Shown here: positions 1 through 7,928 of the stretch, in pieces | Numbering within the stretch: position 1 is the first letter of the stretch | Layout of the letters: each line of letters begins with the position of its first letter | Source: an uncultured archaeon | Lineage (GTDB): Archaea > Iainarchaeota > Iainarchaeia > Iainarchaeales > 0-14-0-20-30-16 | Reading direction: 5' to 3' | NCBI GenBank assembly: GCA_964565725.1 | Contig: CAZMGA010000009.1 | Location: 1-27,899 of the forward strand | Length of the DNA stretch: 27,899 nucleotides | The notes under the pieces: model-generated | Seen by the model: only the letters and a program-made list of their open reading frames with translations | Told to the model about the DNA's origin: nothing | The model's database searches: none | Made by a program: the position numbers and the translations under genes

Positions 1-2
1 AT

Positions 3-242
3 GATTGTAAATTTAATATAGATAATTTGAATTCTAAAATAAGAGAATTTAATGAAAAGAATAAAATTTGTAAAGTGAAAAATTTAGAATTGAAACTAGA
101 TAACATTGAATTAGATTTAAATTGTTCAATTGAAAGTAATATAAATTTTAAAAAGAAATATACTTATAATCAACATTTAGTATATAGGTATAAATTTTCT
201 AATATTTTATTTAACTGTGTGTTTGAAGATGAAGATATTTAA
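3..242 (+). CDS. 3' fragment of a hypothetical protein whose start lies upstream of the window
   Basis: Frame 3 is open from the window edge (gat tgt aaa ttt ...) to TAA at 240-242. The TTG at 27 used by the ORF track is therefore probably internal. No motif recognised. Confidence 0.4.
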   Translation, partial: DCKFNIDNLNSKIREFNEKNKICKVKNLELKLDNIELDLNCSIESNINFKKKYTYNQHLVYRYKFSNILFNCVFEDEDI

Positions 243-248
243 AAAGAA

Positions 249-1196
249 TTACATTTTTTCTAAAACTTTTATTCTATCTTCTATTTTTGGGTGTGTGGAT
301 AATAAATTACTTAATTTTGGACCTGTAATAAATAGTTGAGATACCATTTGGTTTGCCTTTGTTTTTTGTCCATTTTTTGAATAATATTCATTTATTTTTT
401 TTAAAGCATTTATTAATCCTGAATTATCTTTTGTTGTTTTTACTGCTGTAGCGTCTGCTATGTATTCTCTTTTTCTTGAAATACTTAATTGTACTAAAGT
501 AGCCACAAATGGAGCTAAAATAGCTAATACTACGCCTATAATTACAAAAACAATGTTTTTATTGTCGTTATTGTTAGATATCCATAAACTTCTTAAAAAC
601 AATTCAGAAATTATTGATATTAAACCAACCATTATTACTACAATAGTTACATATAAAATATCATAATTTTGTATATGCCCTAATTCATGTGCTAAAACGC
701 CTTCTAACTCTCTTTTATTTAATAATTCTAATGCTCCTTCTGTAACACAAATTACTGCATTTTGTGGATTTCTCCCTGATGCAAAAGCATTTATTTCTTT
801 TGAGGGCATAATATAAACTTTAGGTTTTGGCATTCCCGTTGCTAATGCTAAACCTTCTACCAAATTATTTAATTGATCATATTTTTTTTCTTTTGCTTCA
901 TATGCTTTAACAGACGCCAAAGCTAATTTATCTGAATAAAAATAACTAATTAAACTATAAGTTAAAGAAATAATAATTCCTATAATTAAAAATAAAAAAG
1001 TGAATGCGGGATTATACATTTGTGCAACTATATACATTAAAGCAACAATAATTAAAGATATTACAAAAATTAATATTGCTGTTTTTATTTTATTATTTTT
1101 TATTTGGTCGTAAAAATTTATTTTTTTATATATTTGTGCATATTCTTTATAATCCATAAAATTCACCATTAAAGCATAACCCAAAGGATTATGCAT
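249..1196 (-). CDS. htpX: HtpX-type M48 zinc metalloprotease, membrane-bound
   Basis: 315 aa. HExxH zinc motif in GVLAHELGHIQNYD, hydrophobic helices before and after it, and C-terminal STHPKIEDRI typical of M48/HtpX. Its start overlaps the lemA stop by 1 nt (TAATG). Confidence 0.9.
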   Translation of the reverse strand: MHNPLGYALMVNFMDYKEYAQIYKKINFYDQIKNNKIKTAILIFVISLIIVALMYIVAQMYNPAFTFLFLIIGIIISLTYSLISYFYSDKLALASVKAYEAKEKKYDQLNNLVEGLALATGMPKPKVYIMPSKEINAFASGRNPQNAVICVTEGALELLNKRELEGVLAHELGHIQNYDILYVTIVVIMVGLISIISELFLRSLWISNNNDNKNIVFVIIGVVLAILAPFVATLVQLSISRKREYIADATAVKTTKDNSGLINALKKINEYYSKNGQKTKANQMVSQLFITGPKLSNLLSTHPKIEDRIKVLEKM

Positions 1197-1753
1197 TAAT
1201 TAAAGTCTACTTTAACAGCTTTTCTTTCTGATTCTGATGTTTTTAAATACTCTTGTTTTTGTCCTTTTCCAAATATTTTTGCAAATATATTTCCAGGGAA
1301 TAAAGTAATAGTGTTATTGTAAATTAAAATAGAATCATTAAAAAATTGTCTAGTATATGCTATTTTGCTTTCTACATCTGTTAATTCTCTTTGCAATTCT
1401 AAAAAGTTTTCATTTGCTTTCAAATTAGGGTAATTTTCAGCAATAGCAAATATACTTTTTAAGGCATTAGAAATACTATCACTTGCTTTTAATTTAGAAT
1501 TGAAATCTTTTGATTTTGTCATGTCTGCCCTAGCTTTTGCTAATTCTGTAAATATACCTGATTCGTGTTTTGCATAACCCTTTACAGTTGAAACTAAATT
1601 AGGGATTAAATCATTTCTCTTTTTTAATTGTACATCTATTTGGCTAAATGCGTTATCTATTCTATTACTTAATACAACTATTTTATTATAGTAGTAAATT
1701 ACCATTATAATTAATATTGCAACAACTATTCCTACTAATATTAACCACCACAT
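1196..1753 (-). CDS. lemA: LemA family membrane protein
   Basis: 185 aa with a single N-terminal TM helix. LemA-type signature strings are present: NAFSQIDVQLKKRNDLIPNLV, VKGYAKHE, ENYPNLKANENF, KIAYTRQFFN. Translationally coupled to htpX. Confidence 0.88.
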   Translation of the reverse strand: MWWLILVGIVVAILIIMVIYYYNKIVVLSNRIDNAFSQIDVQLKKRNDLIPNLVSTVKGYAKHESGIFTELAKARADMTKSKDFNSKLKASDSISNALKSIFAIAENYPNLKANENFLELQRELTDVESKIAYTRQFFNDSILIYNNTITLFPGNIFAKIFGKGQKQEYLKTSESERKAVKVDFN

Positions 1754-1759
1754 ATTGAA

Positions 1760-1765
1760 TCCTCC
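1760..1765 (-). promoter_or_regulatory. Shine-Dalgarno-like GGAGGA upstream of lemA
   Basis: The minus strand reads GGAGGA, then 6 nt, then ATG (1751-1753). Confidence 0.5.
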
Positions 1766-1821
1766 ATTATTATAATAATATAAATATGTTAAATAGATTT
1801 AAAAAACTAATTAAAATATAA

Positions 1822-1904
1822 TGCAGAGGGAGAGGTTCGAACTCTCGAAGGCCTGCGCCACAGGATCTTGAGTCCTGCCCATTTGACCGCTCTGGAACCT
1901 CTGC
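1822..1904 (-). tRNA. tRNA-Leu (anticodon CAA), class II with a long variable arm
   Basis: Minus strand: GCAGAGG UU CCA GAGCGGUCAAAU GGG CAGGA CUCAAGA UCCUG U-GGC-GCAG-GCC-UUC GAGAG UUCGAAC CUCUC CCUCUGC A. All stems pair. The anticodon loop is CU-CAA-GA. CCA is not encoded. Confidence 0.93.
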
Positions 1905-1911
1905 ATTTTAT

Positions 1912-1934
1912 CTTTTTCTTTTGTAAAAGAAAAG
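1912..1934. repeat. Palindrome copy A: CTTTTTCTTTT-GT-AAAAGAAAAG (imperfect, one extra T in the left arm)
   Basis: Inverted repeat read directly from the sequence. It starts 7 nt beyond the 5' end of tRNA-Leu, which is upstream on the minus strand. Confidence 0.7.
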
Positions 1935-1970
1935 TTTTTAATAATTGTAAAAAAAACTATAATATAATTT

Positions 1971-2012
1971 TACTCAATAATTTACCTTGGTAATTGTTTT
2001 AGTCATTGAGTA
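1971..2012. repeat. Nested inverted repeat between the two tRNA genes: TACTCAAT ... ATTGAGTA enclosing TTACC-TT-GGTAA
   Basis: The 8-bp arms at 1971-1978 and 2005-2012 are exact reverse complements. An inner 5-bp palindrome sits at 1982-1993. Function unknown. Confidence 0.5.
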
Positions 2013-2040
2013 TTTTCTTTCTTTAGCAAATTTAGTTTTC

Positions 2041-2061
2041 CTTTCTTTTTTTAAAAGAAAG
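2041..2061. repeat. Palindrome copy B: CTTTCTTTT-TTT-AAAAGAAAG (perfect 9-bp arms)
   Basis: Inverted repeat read directly. It ends 12 nt beyond the 3' end of tRNA-Gly. Confidence 0.75.
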
Positions 2062-2073
2062 AAAATATAGAAA

Positions 2074-2145
2074 TGCGAAAGCCGGGATTCGGACCCGGGC
2101 CTGAAGATTGGCAATCTCCAATCCTAACCACTAGACTACTATCGC
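2074..2145 (-). tRNA. tRNA-Gly (anticodon GCC)
   Basis: Minus strand: GCGAUAG UA GUCU AGUGGUUA GGAU U GGAGA UUGCCAA UCUUC AGGC CCGGG UCCGAAU CCCGG CUUUCGC A. Anticodon loop UU-GCC-AA. Two oddities: a U5-U68 mismatch in the acceptor stem and a T-loop UCCGAAU (C at position 55). Confidence 0.8.
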
Positions 2146-2154
2146 ATCTGGATC

Positions 2155-2176
2155 CCTTTCTTTTCAAAAAGAAAGG
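2155..2176. repeat. Palindrome copy C: CCTTTCTTTT-CA-AAAAGAAAGG (10-bp arms)
   Basis: Inverted repeat read directly. It starts 9 nt beyond the 5' end of tRNA-Gly, which is upstream on the minus strand. Confidence 0.75.
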
Positions 2177-2216
2177 TCTAATAGGTTATCCCAAAGAAAA
2201 CTATTGGTATAATATA

Positions 2217-2843
2217 TTATTTTATAGGTAAATTTATATTTATATGGCTTTTAGATGTTTTTTCATGTTTCACTATTAATGCATGGAATTCTTGATAAAT
2301 TTTATAATCTTTGGGAATATTTGATTCTATTTCGTTTTTAATTGCATCATATTTTGTATTTTTATCAAAGTTAAAAATTCTTTTTGTATAAGTATCCACA
2401 ATAAAATAAGGCAAATTATATGCGTAAAGTAAAATAGAATCCGCAGTTTCTTTTCCTATTCCCTTAATATTTAATAATTCTTCTCTTTTTGGCGTTGTTT
2501 TTAAATTTAAAAAAAAGTTTGTAAATTCTTTTAAATAAATAGATTTTTGATTATAATAACCTGAAGGTTTTATTGCTTGTTTTATTATATTTATATCCTC
2601 ATTAAAAATTCTTTTTGGATCTATTAATTTTAATTTTCTTAAATTATCTAATGATATTTCTACTTGTTTCCAACTTGTATTTTGTGTTAATATAGCACCA
2701 ATACAAATTTCATATTTTTCTAAATTATTTTTTTCAGAATCATTTTTTAAGTTATATTTTCCATTAATTGGCCACCAACCTTGATTACCATAATTTTTCA
2801 ATAATTTTAAATAAGTTTGATAGTAATTTTTCATAATAATCAT
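2217..2843 (-). CDS. Endonuclease III-related HhH-GPD DNA glycosylase family protein (COG2231-like)
   Basis: 208 aa. Helix-hairpin-helix LLNIKGIGKETADSILLYA is followed by the Asp-containing FIVDTYTKRIF. The N-terminal GNQGWWP string is typical of the EndoIII-related group. No C-terminal 4-Cys Fe-S loop is present. The start overlaps the DP2 stop by 1 nt (TAATG). Confidence 0.75.
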   Translation of the reverse strand: MIIMKNYYQTYLKLLKNYGNQGWWPINGKYNLKNDSEKNNLEKYEICIGAILTQNTSWKQVEISLDNLRKLKLIDPKRIFNEDINIIKQAIKPSGYYNQKSIYLKEFTNFFLNLKTTPKREELLNIKGIGKETADSILLYAYNLPYFIVDTYTKRIFNFDKNTKYDAIKNEIESNIPKDYKIYQEFHALIVKHEKTSKSHININLPIK

Positions 2844-5800
2844 TAAAAGAAATCACCAATATTTTTTTGTTTGCTTTTTTCTTTATTAAATACAGAATTA
2901 ATTTCATCTTCTAAAATCTCTAATCTTTCTTGCGTGTATTGTGATAAATGATTATTATATACTAATTCTTTAGTAATGTCTAAATATTTTTTCACAGACC
3001 CTTCTGAAATTGTTAAAATAATATTTCCTTCTTTACATTTAGGACATTTAATTTCTGTATATATTGGCAATCTTCTAAATTTAGCATTACATTTAGAACA
3101 TCTAAATTGTTGTCTAGTGTATGCTCTTGTGTTTCCAATTAAATCTGGATAAAAATGAGTATTTACTACTATTTCCATAGCCCCTCTTTTATCTACTGCT
3201 TCAATTTTTTCTTGCAATGCTATTTGTAATAATACTTTTTTAGTCATATCATTTATTTTTGTATATGTAGATTGTTTTGGGCCTAAATCATATTGATAAG
3301 TGTCGTGAGTAAATCCAATTGAATTAAATTGATTTTCTTGATTTAATGTTTTTGATACAACTGGTATTTCTTTTAAATAGGGTTCAGAAATTGCTTCTGC
3401 GGCAATATATAATTCCAAAGGATAATTATAACCGATTTCCATTTCATGAACTTCATCATCTATTTCTGTAGGATTTATTACTACTGTTGCAACAAGTGGA
3501 GCATCCATTTTACCACCACTTTTTATTGGCAAATATCTTAAAGAAAAATTTAATAAAACATCTAACATCAAAGCCATAGAGTCTTGATCTCCATCTGTAT
3601 TTCTTCTTTTGGCTGTATTATAATAAGGATGTGCAAACATTACTCTTGAATCTGAAAAACCAATAATTCTTGCAACTACTCCTGCAGAAGTATGTGGCGC
3701 TAAACCTATTATAATTTGACCTATTAAATCTTCTTTTTTTTCAACATTATAAAATCTTTTTAAATTATAAAATTTTTCTAATTCATCATCAATAAAATTT
3801 GCAACATTAACAAAATAATCCCCAATACTAGAATTAATTACAACATCTTGGGGATATAAAGAAACTATTTGTTCTTCATTTTCTAATTTATTTCCAAAGC
3901 AATCAAAATAATATCCTAAAGCATTCATTTTTTCAATAGTTAAATTTAATTCTCTTGGTTTAAAATGAGATAAATTAGCATCTAATAAATCTGCTCTTAT
4001 AGTTCCATCTTTAAAAACATAAACTTTATTTTTTGCTCTTAATATTGCTTTTTCTATTGGTTCTGCTTCTTTAATTTCTGCAATTAATCCTTCAATTCCC
4101 TTTATTAAATCTGGAGGATTAAAAATATTTAATCTTTTTAATGCATCTTGATAAATTCTTGAAAAATCATAATTTCCTTGTTTAAAATCTTTTAAATTAA
4201 ACCCACAAGTTTTACATATTTTTTCTTTATTTTTGAAGTTTGATTCTAAATAACTCACATTACAATTATTACAATATAATAAAGGTTCAGTTTTTAATTT
4301 ACAATCAGGACATAGTTTATAAGGAATTTCTTTTTGACAATTAGGACAATGAAATAATCTTATAGATATTTCACTTAAATTTGTATTGCCTAACAAACCT
4401 TTTGATTCTTGATCTTTATTATCTACTGCTTTGTTTATATTTCTAGTAGTGCCTCCTAATTTACTTATTGGAAATAAACCTTGTGGAGAACCATTCATTT
4501 TTCTTGGTTTTGCAGCTTCTGGTCTTCCTAGTCTCGCTCCTACAAACATTTTACCCTTATCTTTTATTTCAAAACCTGCTAAATAACTTAATAATTTTAA
4601 AGGGTCCTCTTCATTGTAAATTTTTGTTTTGGATAATATTCCAAAAGTTCTAATTATAGGATACGCTACATTAGAATCTAAAATTATTTTTTCATTATTT
4701 TTTGTATAAGGTATTATTGCTTTAATAAAAAAAGTTTCTAAATTAAAATCTGAATCTAATTCTAATTCTATTATTTTACCCTTATCTATTTTTTGTATAC
4801 CTTGACTTAATTTTTCCTTTATATATTGTATTGCAGTTTTATCTAATTCATTATAAAACCAAGTATATTTTGGATATAAAGGTATATTTAAATCATCAGA
4901 AATTTTTATTGCTAAAAATGGATCTATATTTTTGTAATCTATGTTTTGATATTCTTTAAAATTATTTGTTTCATCAATTTTTTTTAGTAATAATTTATAC
5001 CACCATTCTTCACAAAAACCAACAGGTACTAAAGGATGGCCAGATTTTCTAAAGTCTCCTATTGTTATTAATATATCTCCCAAAGATAAAATTTTTTTAA
5101 TATCTTCAAATTTTGGGACTTCTTCAATTTTAGAAATGTATTTTATGCCTGAATTTAATAATACTGCTGGACCCTCTATAGTATCACAACTAGTTAAAGT
5201 AGTTCCTTTACCTGGTCTTTCCAATTTTAATTGGGACCCCATTGCAGGAAACTCTTGTAATAAATACATTGTTGCTGGATGAATAGCAGTGCCCATCAAA
5301 CCAGTAGTTCTTGTTTTTCCATATCTTAATCTAAAACCGCCAAATTTGGATGGATAACAAAATATAGGTCTACCCGCTGCAGCTCCTGCTAAAAATTTTT
5401 TTATAGGAGTAATCTCTTTTTTACCACCTGTATCTTTTACTTTTATAAATCTATTTAACCAAGACCAATCAAGATTTAATAATTTTGCAAATTTCATTAA
5501 CTTAGCAGATTTTAATCCTAAACCTTCATTTATTACTAACATTGCCCCTCCTCTAACTTTATTGGTATCTACATTTCTAACATTTCTGTTTATTTCTACT
5601 TCTTCATTTTCCGTACCAATTCCATTTACACAGCAAGGACAATTTTTTATAACATATCTTACATCATCATCAGTTAATTTATATTGTCTAGATGTTATTT
5701 GATGATAAATTTTATTTTCTTCAACATATCTTTCTATTTCTGTATCTGTTGGTTTATATTTATCTAAATTTAATAATACTGCGGCATAATGTGCTAATAT

Positions 5801-6283
5801 TAAAGGAAAAACAGTTGCAGTTCCTCCCGCAGCTCTAATTGGGCCTGCAAAAAATAAATTAATATATTTAGTATTATCTGCATTAGCTGAAATTTTTACT
5901 TCTGGTAAACCATCTACAGGTGCTACTACTACGCCCTCTGTTAATAACATTAATGCTGTTTTAACAGCTTGTGAAATTTTTGCATCATCAGAATCATAAT
6001 TTCCTAATTTATTTTCAATAATTTCTTTAAAAATTTCAAAAATAGTTTGTGTTCTATCATTTGTTTTTTCAAATATTTCAAAATATCTTTTTGTTAAACC
6101 TTCTGGGCCTGTAATCTTTTCAGTTCTGTCTGCTAAATTAGATGCTCTTTTCATTTCTACTTCTGTAGTTAAATCTAAACCTATTGCTCTAGCTTTTTCA
6201 GCAATAGAATATAATTCATTTGTTTTTTCAATTAATTCTTCAAAATATTTTTTTGTTTGTGAATCACATGGTGGTAGAATCAT
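2843..6283 (-). CDS. polC: DNA polymerase II (PolD) large catalytic subunit DP2
   Basis: About 1146-1152 aa. PolD DP2 strings present: FGGFRLRYGKTRTTG, GRPIFCYPS. Internal Cys-rich zinc modules (CPNCQ...CPDC, CNNC...CKTC) and a C-terminal CSKC...CPKC. I prefer the ATG at 6283, preceded by AAGGTG at 6291-6296, over the track's TTG at 6301. Confidence 0.93.
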   Translation of the reverse strand: MILPPCDSQTKKYFEELIEKTNELYSIAEKARAIGLDLTTEVEMKRASNLADRTEKITGPEGLTKRYFEIFEKTNDRTQTIFEIFKEIIENKLGNYDSDDAKISQAVKTALMLLTEGVVVAPVDGLPEVKISANADNTKYINLFFAGPIRAAGGTATVFPLILAHYAAVLLNLDKYKPTDTEIERYVEENKIYHQITSRQYKLTDDDVRYVIKNCPCCVNGIGTENEEVEINRNVRNVDTNKVRGGAMLVINEGLGLKSAKLMKFAKLLNLDWSWLNRFIKVKDTGGKKEITPIKKFLAGAAAGRPIFCYPSKFGGFRLRYGKTRTTGLMGTAIHPATMYLLQEFPAMGSQLKLERPGKGTTLTSCDTIEGPAVLLNSGIKYISKIEEVPKFEDIKKILSLGDILITIGDFRKSGHPLVPVGFCEEWWYKLLLKKIDETNNFKEYQNIDYKNIDPFLAIKISDDLNIPLYPKYTWFYNELDKTAIQYIKEKLSQGIQKIDKGKIIELELDSDFNLETFFIKAIIPYTKNNEKIILDSNVAYPIIRTFGILSKTKIYNEEDPLKLLSYLAGFEIKDKGKMFVGARLGRPEAAKPRKMNGSPQGLFPISKLGGTTRNINKAVDNKDQESKGLLGNTNLSEISIRLFHCPNCQKEIPYKLCPDCKLKTEPLLYCNNCNVSYLESNFKNKEKICKTCGFNLKDFKQGNYDFSRIYQDALKRLNIFNPPDLIKGIEGLIAEIKEAEPIEKAILRAKNKVYVFKDGTIRADLLDANLSHFKPRELNLTIEKMNALGYYFDCFGNKLENEEQIVSLYPQDVVINSSIGDYFVNVANFIDDELEKFYNLKRFYNVEKKEDLIGQIIIGLAPHTSAGVVARIIGFSDSRVMFAHPYYNTAKRRNTDGDQDSMALMLDVLLNFSLRYLPIKSGGKMDAPLVATVVINPTEIDDEVHEMEIGYNYPLELYIAAEAISEPYLKEIPVVSKTLNQENQFNSIGFTHDTYQYDLGPKQSTYTKINDMTKKVLLQIALQEKIEAVDKRGAMEIVVNTHFYPDLIGNTRAYTRQQFRCSKCNAKFRRLPIYTEIKCPKCKEGNIILTISEGSVKKYLDITKELVYNNHLSQYTQERLEILEDEINSVFNKEKSKQKNIGDFF

Positions 6284-7766
6284 TATTAAACACCTTTTCA
6301 AAATATGCTCCTTTATTTAATTTTACAATTGGGACTCTTCCAGGAGTAGGCATATGTCCTTGTTCTCTTTGATAACTAGTTTGGTCTTGCCAACAACCAG
6401 GATTAATTGTTAATGTATTTTGTATTTTTCCATAACCATTAGAATGTATATGCCCAGTGATAAAAATATCTGGTTCTTCTTTAATAATCATAGTTTGATT
6501 TTCATCAGGTATTGATATATGTCTTTCACCATATATGGGGGCGAGACATCTTCTTTCTAAATATTTTTCCATAGCTAATTCTGGTTTTTTAGGATCAATT
6601 TTTAATTGAAATTGAAATGTATTCATAGAATTTCCATGATATGTTAATGTATTCACACCTTCTATAATTGCAGTAAATGGTGAACCAACCATATGCACAT
6701 TTTTTAAACCATATAATTTTTTTGTAAATTTTTTATTTATTTTTGGTTGTGGATCTGCTAATCTAGTTGCATCGTGATTTCCAGGACAAATTAATATTTG
6801 AATATGCTCAGGTATTTGCGATACATATTCATAAAATTTATCATATTGTTCATATATATCAATAATATTTAATTCTTCCAATTGATTAGGATAAATTCCA
6901 ACACCATCTACATTGTCTCCGGCAAAAATCATATATTTAATTTTATTTATTTCTTCTCTCTCTTCTAAAGATACATTCCTACAATTTATCCAGTTAATAA
7001 AATTTTTAAACATATTTTCAAAAAATAAATTACTACCTAAATGAACATCTGAAGTAATTAATAAATTTAAATCTTCTTTAGATTTATTCATAGGTTTATT
7101 AGTTAAACATGGATATTCTATTTCTTCAGCAACTATTATTTTATTACCCAAATTTTTTCCTACAACTCCAATAATATCATCTTTAATTATTTGTTTTTCT
7201 ATATTTATTAATTTTGAATTTTGAGAAATAATTATTTTAAATTCTCCATCCAAATCTTCCATCTCAAAAACAGAATTTCCTTTTTTACTTGTTCTTTTTT
7301 CATTTACTATTCCAACTAAACAAACTTGTTCTCCATCATTCATAAATCTTAACGCTTTAGATGATATTGGTTTTATATTTACATGATTACAAAGCATTTG
7401 TTTTAATAATTTAAATCTGGTTTTAAAATAAGAATCAAAATCAGTAATATCATTTTTGAAGGTTTGATTTTCTAAAGCTTGTCTATTTTTAGGTATAATT
7501 AAATTTGGTTCTGTATCTGCAGCTGGTATTTTTATACTTTTAATTATAGATGTGGGGAAATTATTATTTATTATTTGTTCTTTTATAGGATTATTTTTCA
7601 AATAATCTAAAACAAATTTTTTTTCAATTACAAAAAGGCCTTCGTCATCTGCCAAATTAATTATGTTTTTATAATTAGTTTCATTCATTTCTAATAATGC
7701 ATCTCTTGACAATACAACTTGTTTTAAATTAGCATATTCAACTATTTTGTCTAAATTGTTATTCAT
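6264..7766 (-). CDS. polB: DNA polymerase II (PolD) small subunit DP1 (Mre11-like 3'-5' exonuclease)
   Basis: 500 aa. Calcineurin-like phosphoesterase motifs appear in order: SDVHLGS, GDNVDG, GNHD, GHIH. An OB-fold-like region precedes them. The 3' end overlaps the DP2 start. Confidence 0.92.
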   Translation of the reverse strand: MNNNLDKIVEYANLKQVVLSRDALLEMNETNYKNIINLADDEGLFVIEKKFVLDYLKNNPIKEQIINNNFPTSIIKSIKIPAADTEPNLIIPKNRQALENQTFKNDITDFDSYFKTRFKLLKQMLCNHVNIKPISSKALRFMNDGEQVCLVGIVNEKRTSKKGNSVFEMEDLDGEFKIIISQNSKLINIEKQIIKDDIIGVVGKNLGNKIIVAEEIEYPCLTNKPMNKSKEDLNLLITSDVHLGSNLFFENMFKNFINWINCRNVSLEEREEINKIKYMIFAGDNVDGVGIYPNQLEELNIIDIYEQYDKFYEYVSQIPEHIQILICPGNHDATRLADPQPKINKKFTKKLYGLKNVHMVGSPFTAIIEGVNTLTYHGNSMNTFQFQLKIDPKKPELAMEKYLERRCLAPIYGERHISIPDENQTMIIKEEPDIFITGHIHSNGYGKIQNTLTINPGCWQDQTSYQREQGHMPTPGRVPIVKLNKGAYFEKVFNNDSTTM

Positions 7767-7928
7767 AACTACACCTACAGATTATCTCTGAGTAATAATT
7801 AAATCAATACCAAAAATTATTTAAAGGCAAAGTTAAACATAATTAATATATTCCCTTTTAAACTTTTTCAATTATATATACTATTATAAATTATTTTATA
7901 ATATTGAATTTAATAAAAAGGGATATTA

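Noticed and set aside
460-666. 68-aa plus-strand ORF
   Set aside because: It lies entirely antisense within htpX. The composition is low-complexity Ile/Leu/Thr/Lys, typical of chance frames in AT-rich DNA.
1965-2015. Box C/D sRNA reading of the inter-tRNA inverted repeat (AAUGAC as the C box, UUGA as the D box)
   Set aside because: Both boxes are mismatched. The flanks form a perfect 8-bp helix rather than a k-turn. No C'/D' boxes are present. It is kept only as an unexplained structured spacer.
4468-4653. 61-aa plus-strand ORF
   Set aside because: It is antisense inside the well-supported PolD DP2 gene and has no motif.
6284-6301. TTG start at 6301 for DP2 (track model)
   Set aside because: The ATG at 6283 is preceded by AAGGTG at a 7-nt spacing and gives a shorter overlap with DP1. 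The TTG start has no SD. Both remain possible.
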